From: Mobula hypostoma
Taxonomy: Eukaryota
DNA: 64,000 nucleotides
Assembly (NCBI RefSeq): GCF_963921235.1
Contig: NC_086097.1
Span: forward strand, 52,082,001-52,146,000
Direction of reading: 5' to 3'
Shown here one piece after another: positions 52,608 to 64,000 of this stretch (position 1 is its first letter; each line of letters opens with the position of its first letter). The notes beneath the pieces were generated by a model. The model was not told where the DNA came from, did no database searches, and worked only from the letters and a program-made list of their open reading frames with translations. Both the position numbers and the translations under genes were made by a program.

Positions 52608-53120
52608 ATAATCTTTTCTCTGGCTTCAAGCCAGGTAGAGATATCGATTATAACCAATGTTTTGATGACAAACTCTGTCATCTTCTTCAGGGATGATACC
52701 TGGGCAAGTCTAGTCTGGTGGTATTTATACCCCTGTATTCCGTTTCTCCTGAATGGTTAGTCCTCATCCATTCAGGTTTCTACTGTTCCATCATGTTTAC
52801 AGTTGAATTCCAGATGCCAATGGCTTTTGGAACAACCTAGTAAGAGAAGCCATTGAAATAAAACTACTGGAAAAGAATTTTAAGAAAGATGATGGTCTCA
52901 CTCTAAGTAAGAACAAACCATGGCAAACGGGGGGAGAGCGAAAACCTGATTAGGTGAGGACTGACCAATCAGGAGGGACGGAATACAGGGGTATAAATAC
53001 CACCAGACTAGACTTGCCCAGGCATCAGCTCTGAAGAAGATGGCAGAGTTTGTCTTTAAAATGTTGGTTACAATTGATACCTTTACCTGGCTTGAAGCCC
53101 AAGAACAGTTTATTCATCAT
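52608..53120 (+). mobile_element. Penelope-like element (family B, Poseidon-like) with ~170-bp inverted repeats
   Basis: 52611-52780 is the reverse complement of ~52940-53115. The centre encodes ANGFWNNLVREAIEIKLLEKNFKKDDGLTLSK (EAIEI..N..DG motif of the Penelope GIY-YIG C-terminus). Confidence 0.85.
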
Positions 53121-53149
53121 AAACTCCGGGAAAGCACTAGATCCTTTTT

Positions 53150-53367
53150 CAATAATTATTAACTTTTCATCCTTTTTGTTTTTGACAGTTTGTTGTCTTT
53201 TGCACATTGGTTGTTTGTCCTATTTGGGGGGGTGGTGGGTCGTTCATTGATTCTGTTGTGTGTCTTGTATTTACTGTGAATGCACACAAGAAAATGAATC
53301 TCGGGGCTGTATAAGGTGACATATATGTACTTTGATAATAAGTTTACTTTGAACTTTTGAACTTTGA
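53150..53367 (+). mobile_element. Rex1 3' UTR/tail fragment
   Basis: Same tail as 4307-4502. Confidence 0.8.
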
Positions 53368-53369
53368 AG

Positions 53370-53648
53370 TGCAGCATTTAGCTTTATGGTACCGGGGCTC
53401 ATTTCCCGCCACTGTCTGCAAGGATATTGTGTGTTCTCGCTGTGACCGTATGGGCTAGCTCTGGGTGCTCTAGTTTCCTCCCACGTTCCGAACACATACA
53501 TTTATGGTTAATTAGTTGGCATGCTGTGTTGGCACTGGAAACATGGCGACATTTGCAGGCTGTGCACAGTCATCACTGATCTGATTTGATGCAAACAATG
53601 GGTTTCACTGTATATTTCAGTGTACAAGTGACAGATAAAACTGATCTC
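53370..53648 (+). mobile_element. V-SINE (HE1-like)
   Basis: V core gtgttctcgctgtgaccgtatggg...ctctgggtgctctagtttcctcccacgttcc; similar to 32409-32702. Confidence 0.75.
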
Positions 53649-54456
53649 TAAAAGTGCTGGCCCGCTTTCCCAATGGACAAGGCTTAAACTGGAAAGTACA
53701 TGTCAAATCACAGGAACAGAATGCTTTCGAATCAAAGATTAACTTTATTTGCCATTAATTTGGAACTTGCTACGGTGTGTTGGCCAGGGTGCAACATGCA
53801 CCAGAAAAGCAGCATTAGAAAGAAAGAATTATATATAATTATTTGCAGTATGTAGACATAAAAAACACGTGAGAAGGTACAGTTTCTAGCAACTTTCCCC
53901 CCCCCCACCCCAAAATCGCCTGTCAGATCTTAAGTTCTGTGCCACTAAACAACTGAGCTTACAGGTTGGAAGGTTCTTTTTAAAAGTTGCTTGCAATTAA
54001 AGGCATTCATTCTAAAGCCAGCTGTGATGCTCCATCAAGCATTAGGCCCTTGGGGGATATCAATGTATTTGATCCCAAGTGTCCAAATCAGGAGAACACT
54101 TTGCTTCTACACGCCTCTCCTTTTTCAGCCATTCTCTTGGTAAATTCATAATATTGCCATCTAAAGTAGTAAGGTTTAGAAGTTTTGATTATAAACTTTC
54201 AAGATACTGATGTGTTTGTTAAAGCATACTTGTATCATAATAGTGGAATTGGTCTTTCTGTGTGTCGTACAATTATTTTATGACAAGCCTCAAAAGAATG
54301 AATATGAGCCTCCAATCATGAGCCATCCAAACAATTAGGTAACTTTGCATTTGAATCAACAGTTCTGTCTCAGCTTGCCATAGAACTATTCTGATTACTG
54401 TGTAGCGAGTGACTGGCTTCTCTTTGATAACGTATAACTTTTTTTTATTCCTCCAG

Positions 54457-54747
<291 letters not shown>

Positions 54748-55094
54748 TGATATTGTTCCTTAAATCAACAGCTTAGACCTTTAACGTGAAAGGGAAGAGC
54801 TGCACAATATTTCAGCACACTGCAGTTCTATATTGTTTACCCCATTTGCTACTTTATTTAGCCCATTATACTCTGAAATATCAAAGTAAAAATGAGCTGT
54901 GTATTTATATTTTTTGCCACTTGTTTGAACTTTGAATTTTGCCTAATGATTGTGAACAAACCATGCATCCTCTGTTTCACTAAAAGGCAGTATTATCTAG
55001 CATTAAATGACATTTCTAAGCTGTTTATTTCCATAGAAAATATTTTAATTGGTTGAAGGTTGTATTCCTCCTCTTAAAATATTTTAAGATGAAT

Positions 55095-55272
55095 AAGACT
55101 ATAAGATTATAGGGGCAGAATTAGGCCACTTGGCCCATTGAGTTTGCATGGCCCATTCAATCCCACTCTCCTGCCTTCTCTCTGCAACCTTTGACACCCT
55201 TATTAAGCATGAACCTATCAACCTCCACTCTAAATATTCCTAATGACTTGGCCTCCATGGCTGTCTATGGTA
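55095..55272 (-). mobile_element. CR1 3' end fragment in the intron between the two FRMD6 coding exons
   Basis: taagactataagattataggggcagaattaggccac, homologous to 23705-23920. Confidence 0.8.
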
Positions 55273-55590
55273 ATAATTTTATTTAATTTTAATTATGGAA
55301 GTGTTTCATATGCCAATTACAAAATTGATGGACAAAAGCTTAATCTATTAATAAAATTTGTGGCAATTTCCACTTTTTTCTGAGAATGCATCATTGTAGG
55401 GCTGAAAGCAAGTTCACAGTTGAAGGATCTACCATGGAAGAGATGGTGTTGACTTTAATATTTCATGTAAAAAAAACACATTAAAATAATCTGTGTTTGA
55501 GATTTCAATTAATAAGAAATTAGTGAATCTTGATGCTAGAAAACTGGCTTTGCTAAATTCCTTTCAAAAATTTCATGGTTCTTTTTCTAG

Positions 55591-55686
<96 letters not shown>

Positions 55687-55871
55687 TGACACAAAAGAAT
55701 AATTTCAGTATCCCTAATAATGTCATTCAACAACATCAGCAATGTAAATCCCTTTTTGGAATAGTATTCAATGCCACATTTTTATTCATATCCACCTTTT
55801 TAATATTGTTATATGTGATATCTTCTTACAGTTTTACTAGGCCGGAGCCTTTGTCTTTTCTTCCTTTAGTC

Positions 55872-55951
55872 CAGGCATCCCCAGCCTCAGGGCCACGAAC
55901 CCCTTCGATAATGGTAAGCCTCCATGGCATAAAAACGGTTGGGAACCCCTG
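55872..55951 (+). mobile_element. 80-bp hAT MITE
   Basis: caggcatccccagcc...ccatggcataaaaacggttgggaacccctg; TSD decayed. Confidence 0.75.
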
Positions 55952-56249
55952 CTTTTGAAGTAGCGTAATTTAGTCATCACTGATGTATTCAGTAGCAGTT
56001 TAAGCAGGTCACTTCACCAGGGCATGAGACCCGCCTGCAACCGGTCGAAGCAGTGTACTGGGGTGTGGCTGCTGTCCCATGCAAACAGCTACTTGGATCT
56101 ACAAGTGGGAACTGAGTGTCGGGTGAAGACCAAAGTTTAGTGAGCTGCCCCAGAATAGGCACAACAAGCCCCTTCACCAGAGGTGCTACTCCTCCTGGAC
56201 ACCTCATACACGGTAGTGTACAGCGGATGAGTTCCTCCATTGACAGCTA

Positions 56250-56472
56250 TTAGGATCTAATGCACAGTTTTATAGTACTATAGTAGAATTGGTACTGTTC
56301 TAATTTGTCCTGTATTTAATTTTCTATACATAATTTGTTACTCAGCTAAACAGTAGTTTGTCTTTTTTATACCTCTTTAACTATTTCCCTGGAACTTTGG
56401 TTAGTTGGGCAGGTACTTAATTGGGCCAAAACATACTGGTTCTGATATGTCCCAATTAACCAGAATCCACTG
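56250..56472. mobile_element. Tigger/pogo-like DNA transposon end
   Basis: Terminal gtcccaattaaccagaatccactg|TA; partner end not found. Confidence 0.5.
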
Positions 56473-57226
56473 TACATCACAAACAGCAGAGGTCCCAGCA
56501 CAGATCCCTGTGGAACACCGCTAGTTGCAGACAAAACACAGAATGGTGTGCTTGAATCCTTGATGATGCAGTGTCAGCTCTGGTTTATTTCTGTTCCTAA
56601 TGTAAATTACTTGTTCAAGTCACACTTGAGCATTTTGCAAACAGTTGGATAACGTTGCAGAGTGTAAGAATTCAGTTCAGTATTGTGTGGCTGCAGTGAC
56701 AACCTTGCATAGGTTCTGTTACTGGGCTACTTTGGGAACATGTACAAAGAAAATTGTATTATGCTAAAAGAAGCACACAGTTGAGAATTTTGTGAATTTG
56801 AATCCTCTATTTGTACATTAACTTTGATAATTAGTTGGGATTCTGACCTGTTTATAATGCGATGATTATGATGCACGAAAAATTGTGTGCATAAAGCCTC
56901 TCAAGATTGGCTGCAGTGTTAAATAAGAAAGGATACATTTATTTAGCTAATAGAAAATCTCAAATTTACATATGCTAATTAAATTTTAGGAAGAATCACT
57001 ATAATTTTTCAGAACTGCTTGGTGTAAAAGTATGGGCCAGGCTACTGTTATATCTACACAGTTTTAGTGGTGTGCCTATGCACTTATTTAAGATGGTTTA
57101 TAAATAAAGTTGTGATCATGGTGAATTTTTATAGCTTATCCATTCTTGTCAGAGCATGGAATTCTGGCAGTATAGCAAGAAAAGTCAAGTGAGTAAGGTA
57201 ACTGAGGCCAACCTCCATTGATCTTT

Positions 57227-57519
57227 GGGGCGCCATGGTAGTCTAGTGGTCAGTGTGACACGGTTACCACACGGGGCATCAAAGTTCAATTCCGGAGTCA
57301 TCTGTAAGCCAGTTTGTACATTTCTTTACGTGTGTGCATGGGTTTCCTCCAGGTGTTCCAGTTTCCTCCCAGAGTCCAAAGACCACTGATTAGTAGGTTA
57401 ATTCGTCATTGTAAATTGTGCTGTGATCAGGGTAGGGTTAAATTGGTGGGTTGCTGACTGGCACAGCTCAAAGGGCCGGAAGGGCCTGTTTGTGCTGTAT
57501 CTCTCTAAATAAACAAACA
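57227..57519 (+). mobile_element. V-SINE (HE1-like), full length
   Basis: A box tggtagtctagtgg, B box gttcaattcc, V core gcatgggtttcctccaggtgttccagtttcctcccagagtccaaagac, tail ctgtatctctctaaataaac. Confidence 0.88.
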
Positions 57520-57875
57520 GAACACGATCAGGCTGGCTCTGTGGGAGTCTGAGGAACTTCCAACCGAGTTTCCTCTTTGTACTCTGTCCAGGCTAATGAA
57601 CTTCATGAATAAGGCTGTAAGTATACTGGACATTGAACAGAATCTTCAAAAATAAACTGCACATAAGAAAAAATCGTGCAAGAAAGAATGTTGATATCAT
57701 TCACATGATCAGACGGGGGTGGGGGGGAAGAATTAGTAACTATTTAAACAACTAAAGATCAAATGCTGCCCATTCCTAGTTAGTCATAGTCATACTTTAT
57801 TGATCCTGAGGGAGATTGGGTTTCGTTACAGTTGCACCAACCAAGAATAGAGTATAAATATAGAAATAAATATTA

Positions 57876-60484
57876 CCATGGTCAGGATCCTCTATGATCC
57901 TGACTGCAGTTTACCACCAACAGCTAACTATAATCAAGCACTTGAGATGCTGCATGATGCCGTCACCAAATAAAAAACAGTCCATCCTGATGCATTTCAT
58001 ATTGTAGTTGGGGATTTCAGTCAAACGTGCTTGAAGAAATCCCTGGCCAGTCCCATGCCCGGACCACACTACAGGAAATCTGAACACTTGGCCGCCCTTC
58101 TACCTGCATACGAGCAGGGGCTCCAGAGATTAGGACAACACAGAGGAGTGGCTACCATAGTGCTTCGAGTCGGTGGGCTGGGCCGTGTTCAAGGTCTCAT
58201 CAGAGGATCTGAATGACTACACCGTATATGTCGCAGACTTTATAAAAACAGTCATAAACGAGTGCGTCCCCACAAAATTATTCAGAGTCTTCCCCAACCA
58301 GAAGCCTGGATGAACCATGAGATCCACAGTCTGCTGAAGGCCAGATCAGAGGCATTCAGGTCTGGTGACCAAGTAAGTTACAAGAGGTCCAGGTACGATC
58401 TCTGGAAAGCCATCTCATGGGTGAAGTGACAGTTCATTAAATCAATGAAGGATATTCAGCAGTTGTGGCAGGGCTTAGGAGTCCTTGTGCAGGATTCCCT
58501 AAAGGTTAACTTGTAGGTTGAGTTGGTTGTGAGGAAGGCAAATGCAATTTTAGCATTCATTTTGAGATGACAAGGATTTAAGGCAGTGGTGAAACCTCAC
58601 TTGGAGTATTGTGAGTAGTTTTGGGCCGCTTCTGTAAGAAAACTGACATTGGAGAGGGTTCTAAGGAGATTCATGAAAATGCTTCTGGGAATAAAAGGCT
58701 TATCATATGAGGAGCGTTTGATGGCTCTGGGCCTGTACTCACTGGAATTTAGAAGAATGAGGGGAGGATCTCATTGAAACCTATCGAATGTTGAAAGGCC
58801 TACATACAATGGATGTGGAGAGGATGTTTCCTATAGTGGGGGAGTCTACGACCAGAAGCCAATTAGACAACATGCAATTAGAACGGAGATGAGGAAGAAT
58901 TTCTTTAGCCAGAGGGTGGTGAATCTGTGGAATTCATTGCCACAGGAGGCTTTGGAGACCAGGTCATTGGGTGTATTTAAGATGGAGGTTGATAGATTAT
59001 TGATAAGTCATGGTGTGAAACACTACGGGGAGAAGGCTGGAGAATGGGGTTGAGAGGGAAATGGATCAGCCATGATCAAATGGTGGAGCAGACTCGATGG
59101 GCAAAAATGGTGTAATTCTGTTCTGATGTCTTATGGTCTTGCAGCCTGAATACTATTACCTCATATAATGTCGAATCAATTGACATAGGCAAGAACAGGG
59201 CTTTGCTTCTAGATGAACTCAAAGACTTCTGTGCTTGTTTTGACCCTCAAGACATGGAGGAACCATTACAAACAGCACCCCCCCCCCCACCACCCCAATG
59301 ATCCTCTAATTTCATTCTCTGGGGTGGGCAGTCTTCAGGAGGGTGAACCCACGAAAGGCATCTGGCCCAGATGGGTACCTGGCCAAATACGAAAGATCTG
59401 TGCTGATCAACTGGCTGGAGTGTTCACTGAGATATTTAACCTAAAGGCTGTGGCTTAGCCCTCTGCTCTACTCAATTTATACTTATGACTGGGTGGCTAA
59501 ACAGAGCTCCGCCATATTCAAGTTTGCTGATGACACCATTGTCATACGCCAAAGCAAAGGTTTTGATGAATCAGTATATAGGGGGGCATTTGAAAATCTG
59601 GCTGACAACAACCTCTCACTCAATGTCAGCAAGACCATGGAGCAGATTATTGACTTCAGGAGGAGGAAACCAGAGGTCCATGAGTCAGTCCTCACTGGAG
59701 GATCAGGTGGAGAGGGTCAGCAACTTTAAATTCTTCTTTGTTGTTATTAGTTCGGAGGACCTGTCCTGGTCACAGCATGTAAATGCAATTACAAAGAAAA
59801 CATGGCAATACCTCTTCCTCCCTAGGAGTTTGCAAAGATTCAGCATGACATCTAAAACTTTGACAAACTTCTCTAGGTGTGTGGTGGAGAGTATGTTGAC
59901 TGGCTGCATCACATCCTGGTATGGAAATGCCAGTGTCCTTAAATGGAAAATCCCACAAAAAGTAGTGGAGATGGCCCAGTGCACCATGGACAAAACCCTC
60001 CCCAGCATTGAGCACAGCTAAATGAAACGCTGCTGTAGGAGAGCCGCATTGACCATCAGGGACCCCCACCACCCAGGTCATGCTCTCTTCCCGCTGCTGC
60101 CGTCAGGAAGGTGGTACAGGAGCCTCAGGATTCACCACCAGGTTCAGGACCGGCTATTATCCCCCAAAACATCAGGGTCTTGAACCAAAAGCAATAACTT
60201 TACTCAAGTTCACTTACCCCGTCACTGAAATGTTCCTACAATCTATGGACTCACTTTCAAGCAGTCTTCACCTCATGTTTTTGTCATTATTTATTATTAT
60301 TATTTCTTTCTTTTTGTATTTGCCATTTGTTGTCTTTTGTACACTGGTTATACACCTAGTTGATGAGGTCTTTCATTAACTCTGTTATGGTTATTGGATT
60401 TTTTTGAGTATGCTCGCAAGCAAATGAATCTCAGGATTGAATATGGTGACATATATGTACTTTGATAATAAATTCATCTTGAAC
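57876..60484 (+). mobile_element. Rex1/Babar LINE (endonuclease to 3' UTR, degraded) with a nested CR1
   Basis: HPDAFHIVVGDFS, FPNQKP, ICADQLAGVFTEIFN, IFKFADDT and the standard tail; collinear with 2100-4502. Confidence 0.9.
58478..59140 (+). mobile_element. CR1 3' fragment nested in the Rex1 element
   Basis: VKPHLEY, YEERLMALGLYSLE, NFFSQRVVNLWNSLP; tail tcttatggtctt. Confidence 0.92.
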
Positions 60485-63400
60485 AATTTCCCATTAACCA
60501 TTATTAAGTATTGTGGCAAATCATTTTGAACACACGATTAAACATCATCAATTTTTTTTATTTCAGAAGTGTATAAACCACTGGAATATTTGGAGTTTGC
60601 CAAGTTCATTATTTACTTATTACTACCCCAAATTTTTAATTGTTTTCAGGAAGAACTGAATTTGTGTGGTCTCTCAGAAATCATAAAGGATTTCTCCGTA
60701 GAATGAATTATTCTGAATTCTATTTAGTTATATAGGCAAACAAAATATTAATGAACTAACAAAAAATTAACAATGAGTAGAAATAAAACTAATAAGGATG
60801 TTTGAACAAAATGAAAATGAGTGACAGCAGACTATGCTAAATTTTAAGGATATGAATTATGGAAAACTAGAGATTTTTTAAAAATACTGGAAGTATTAAA
60901 ACTCCTTTTAAAAATATTCATTGGGAATTTGTGTTTGTACATTGTTTTTGCCTATGAAGTATTGATCATCCACTTGTCTTTTTTCCAAGCTTTTCAAAAC
61001 TGAAGGTGAAAAGTATTAGGAGGAACCAAAAATTGGTTTTAAAAAGCTCATTTTAAGCACAACCTGTAAAACAGCTCACTCAGTACTCCTCCTTCCTCAA
61101 ATTTCCCTTTCTATCGAAACTACTATGCCAAAGCTCAATTGTTTCCTGCATGCTAGCTGCCCTCTGGGTTAATTTTAACTATGCACAGCTTTGACTTAAT
61201 TGCATTTGTCTGTACCTTTATCAACAACTGATGAGATACTGAGATACTTCATGTGTTACTTTCTGCTGTCCACGTTGTCACTTCCTTGTTGTAGTCCAGA
61301 TGATTTGAGGTAGCCTTTCCCTTTCAGAATTTGTATTGCCCTTTGGTTCCATCCTGATAATGTATAAATTATCTTCATCCTTATTCCCATTATTTTAGTA
61401 TACATTCATTAATTAGCCACATGCCCTGTATCTAGAAGCACCCTGTTTAAATTATGATTTGTCCCTTTAAGGGCTGGATGCTGAGAGGACAGCTGCTCGA
61501 CTAAATACCACCAGCTGTGAAAATCTCTTATCGATCATTTGAGTGCATTGTAGTGGAATTGACACAACATAGCCTTACACTATTTAGAACCTGTTAGTTG
61601 AAGATTCTGACCTTTATGATAGTAAAATAATTTTTCATCTGGTGAGTGTAGCCATTGAAAATATTTACTCATTTGTTCATATTTGCTATATATTATTTTC
61701 TACTTGAAGTTTTTCACGTTTGACTACCCTCTTCCTCTGTGATATTTTTATACTATACCAACAATCTTGTCATTTTCCATTTCTGTGTTTTTCATCCCTT
61801 TGAACATCCTTTTGCTGAATTTGTGGATCTCCTTAATTAGTCCCAGTAAAGACTTTGTGTCGACTCCTCACAGAGTTCATGCACGTTGTTTTTCTCATTA
61901 TCTCATTCTTTTACTGTCTTTGTTAATTTTAGGGAAGTATCTTTCTTGTTTGTTCACATTAAAACTTAAAAGCTAGTCCACTGGTCTTCTATTGAATTGA
62001 TGGGAAGAATTTCCCCTATTTATTTGTGTTGGTTGTTACTGGTTTTGGGTGTTTCTAACTTCCAGATCACATGAAAATTATGATTCCCAGGCTTGCCAAA
62101 ATTTTTATTTCTTGTCAATTTGTTGGTACGTTCTTGTTCTCCCAATTGATACCAGATCAAAAAGAGCATTGTTGCTGTAGTTTCTTTGGCACACTGGATG
62201 AAGAAGCAGCCGGGCATTAAATCCATTAGCTCTGCCCAAAGCACTGTGTGTGAAACAGGCCTTATTACCAACACAGACTGTGGCGTAAGCAGAGGTACTA
62301 GGATAGCTTATGAGGCAGTGAGGAGAGGCTTGGGATGTGGATCAAAGCGTAAATCACATTGAGCATAGGAAACTCCAGGAAAAGGCAGTGTGTTAGGGTG
62401 AGCAGGATCAAGGGCATCGCAATCTGAAGTTCATATCTGGATTACTTGGTGGTGGCCACAGGAATGGGATTTTGGTTGGTGGTCATGAATGAACTCCCAT
62501 TTACAGAACTCGGAGGATCCAAGAACAAGCAAATCTCTCAATGTGTCATGGTACAGTTCCAAGGGGAAAGCATTCTGTACTCTGAATCTTGTACTCATTT
62601 CCCTTCTTAGGATTGGATTGGAATTTTGCCATGCTCTTGATAGACTCAATTAGTGGTATGCCATGCTGATGGTTATGGTCCTGCCAAGTTATTTTTTAAC
62701 ACTCTTACTATGTATCTGCATTATAGAATGGGTGTCTTTCTTCAGTTTCCGCTTTACTTACAGCTCTCCACAGATTCATGTTACTTGCTGAGTTTTTCTG
62801 TCCATGGAGACATTATCCAGCTCTACTTCTCATTGTCTCAAATAGTTTCCTCCCTTACTTCTTTCAATGAATGTTGAATCAATCCAATTTGCATGCCTAA
62901 ATATTGAAAGAGGAAATTTCTCATCAGAAGTAATCAGTAAATTGGCATCTCGTTCAGCTCCATCAGTCTGAGAAGGACTGAATATTGTGCAAGAATGCCG
63001 GAAGATACCAATATTATCAGGTCATTTAACGTGGACATCATAGGGGAATGACAGTTCCCTTGTATTTTTGCAGTACTCGTGTGCCTTTAATGTATTAGTT
63101 ATCTGCACTGCGATCCATGAAGTGCGATGATATTATTTACTTGGGTTTAGTTTTGACGAGTAGTATTTTCAAATAGCACTTCTAAGTATTATTCTCTGCA
63201 AAAAAAAATTAAGAAGTTACTGAACATTGTGACAACAGCAATATACCAATTGTAAAACAGGCTCCAAATCAATCCAATACTTTGGATAGGAACAGGAAGT
63301 ATAAAAGGAAATACTCTAAAGGAAATTTGACCAAAGCTGGGGTCAGAGATAAATTGGATGTTGCTTTGTAAGTCTTTTAGTGATTGAAACTGTAGTAGTG

Positions 63401-63594
63401 AATGGATCAATCAAATGAAAAAGAGAATACAATGTTTAAAAAGAAAATAATTTGAACAGATTTAAAAATCTAAATTGAAGCATTTGCATAAAATATTGTA
63501 TGACCATTATATGATCCAATTTGCTTTGCAACCCAGGTTGTGTTTGTGAGGTGTGGTCACCAGATTATTGTACGAAGTGAGGCAATTCATTCAA

Positions 63595-63756
63595 TCAAAG
63601 AATCTACATCTCATGTTCTCACTATTTATTGTTGTCATTATTTCTATTCTCTTTTTTGCATTTGCACAGTTCATTGGTTTTTCATACAATGGTTGTCCGT
63701 CCTGTTGGGTATAGTCTTTCATTGATTCGAATGTGATGTTTGTGTTTACTGTGAAA
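63595..63756 (+). mobile_element. Rex1 3' UTR fragment
   Basis: catctcatgttctc...tttgcacagttc...tttcattgattc...tttactgtgaa, matching the other Rex1 3' UTRs. Confidence 0.65.
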
Positions 63757-64000
63757 ACAATAGATCCCCCATTGAACTTGACCTTGAGCCATATTTAGAG
63801 GGTGAAAGAGCAGCACAAGCTGCAGATTTAGAGAGCAAAATTATCTTTCATTTTAATTGTGTGTTACAATCACTTTGGTATTTGGGTAGCTAACTTCTTG
63901 CCCACTTTCTGGGTGAGATAGTGGTTGTTTAAGGAAAGGAACTTAAGAGGAGCAAATAATTTTTTAGTAAGAGAGGACATTCCACCAACTAAAATTTAAA

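Noticed and set aside
55990..56235. GC-richer segment resembling a retroelement UTR
   Set aside because: No diagnostic motif or second copy in the window; left unassigned.
57227..57300. tRNA gene
   Set aside because: The A/B boxes belong to a V-SINE head; no complete cloverleaf.
61990..62720. Possible exon or old element
   Set aside because: No FRMD6-like translation and no recognisable TE motif in the frames I examined.

Overview
Repeat-dense vertebrate genomic DNA. The repeat content (HE1/V-SINE, SacSINE1/Deu-like SINE, Rex1/Babar, CR1, L2, L1/Tx1, Penelope, hAT, Chapaev3) suggests a cartilaginous fish, probably a ray or skate (inference). The only host gene I can support is FRMD6 (Willin, a FERM protein of the Hippo pathway) on the + strand. 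Its first two coding exons are at 54622-54720 and 55591-55681, both missed by the ORF track. A CpG-rich candidate promoter/non-coding first exon ends at a splice donor at 5378, so most of the window is probably a ~49 kb first intron. The ORF-track entries I could assign are transposon debris, and the rest look like chance ORFs. The most notable structures are: an R4/Dong-type restriction-like-endonuclease retroelement inserted in a (TAA)n microsatellite of a Rex1 3' UTR; two Penelope families in inverted arrangements with decayed hammerhead ribozyme cores; a Chapaev3 transposon with both ends and TSD; a full-length SPIN/GTF2IRD2-like hAT with smaller hAT derivatives; a bipartite non-tRNA non-autonomous retroelement; and a uORF-dense FRMD6 leader. 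I found no evidence for a wholly new system. Family names come from motif recognition, not database searches. Repeat boundaries are approximate unless a TIR or TSD is quoted.
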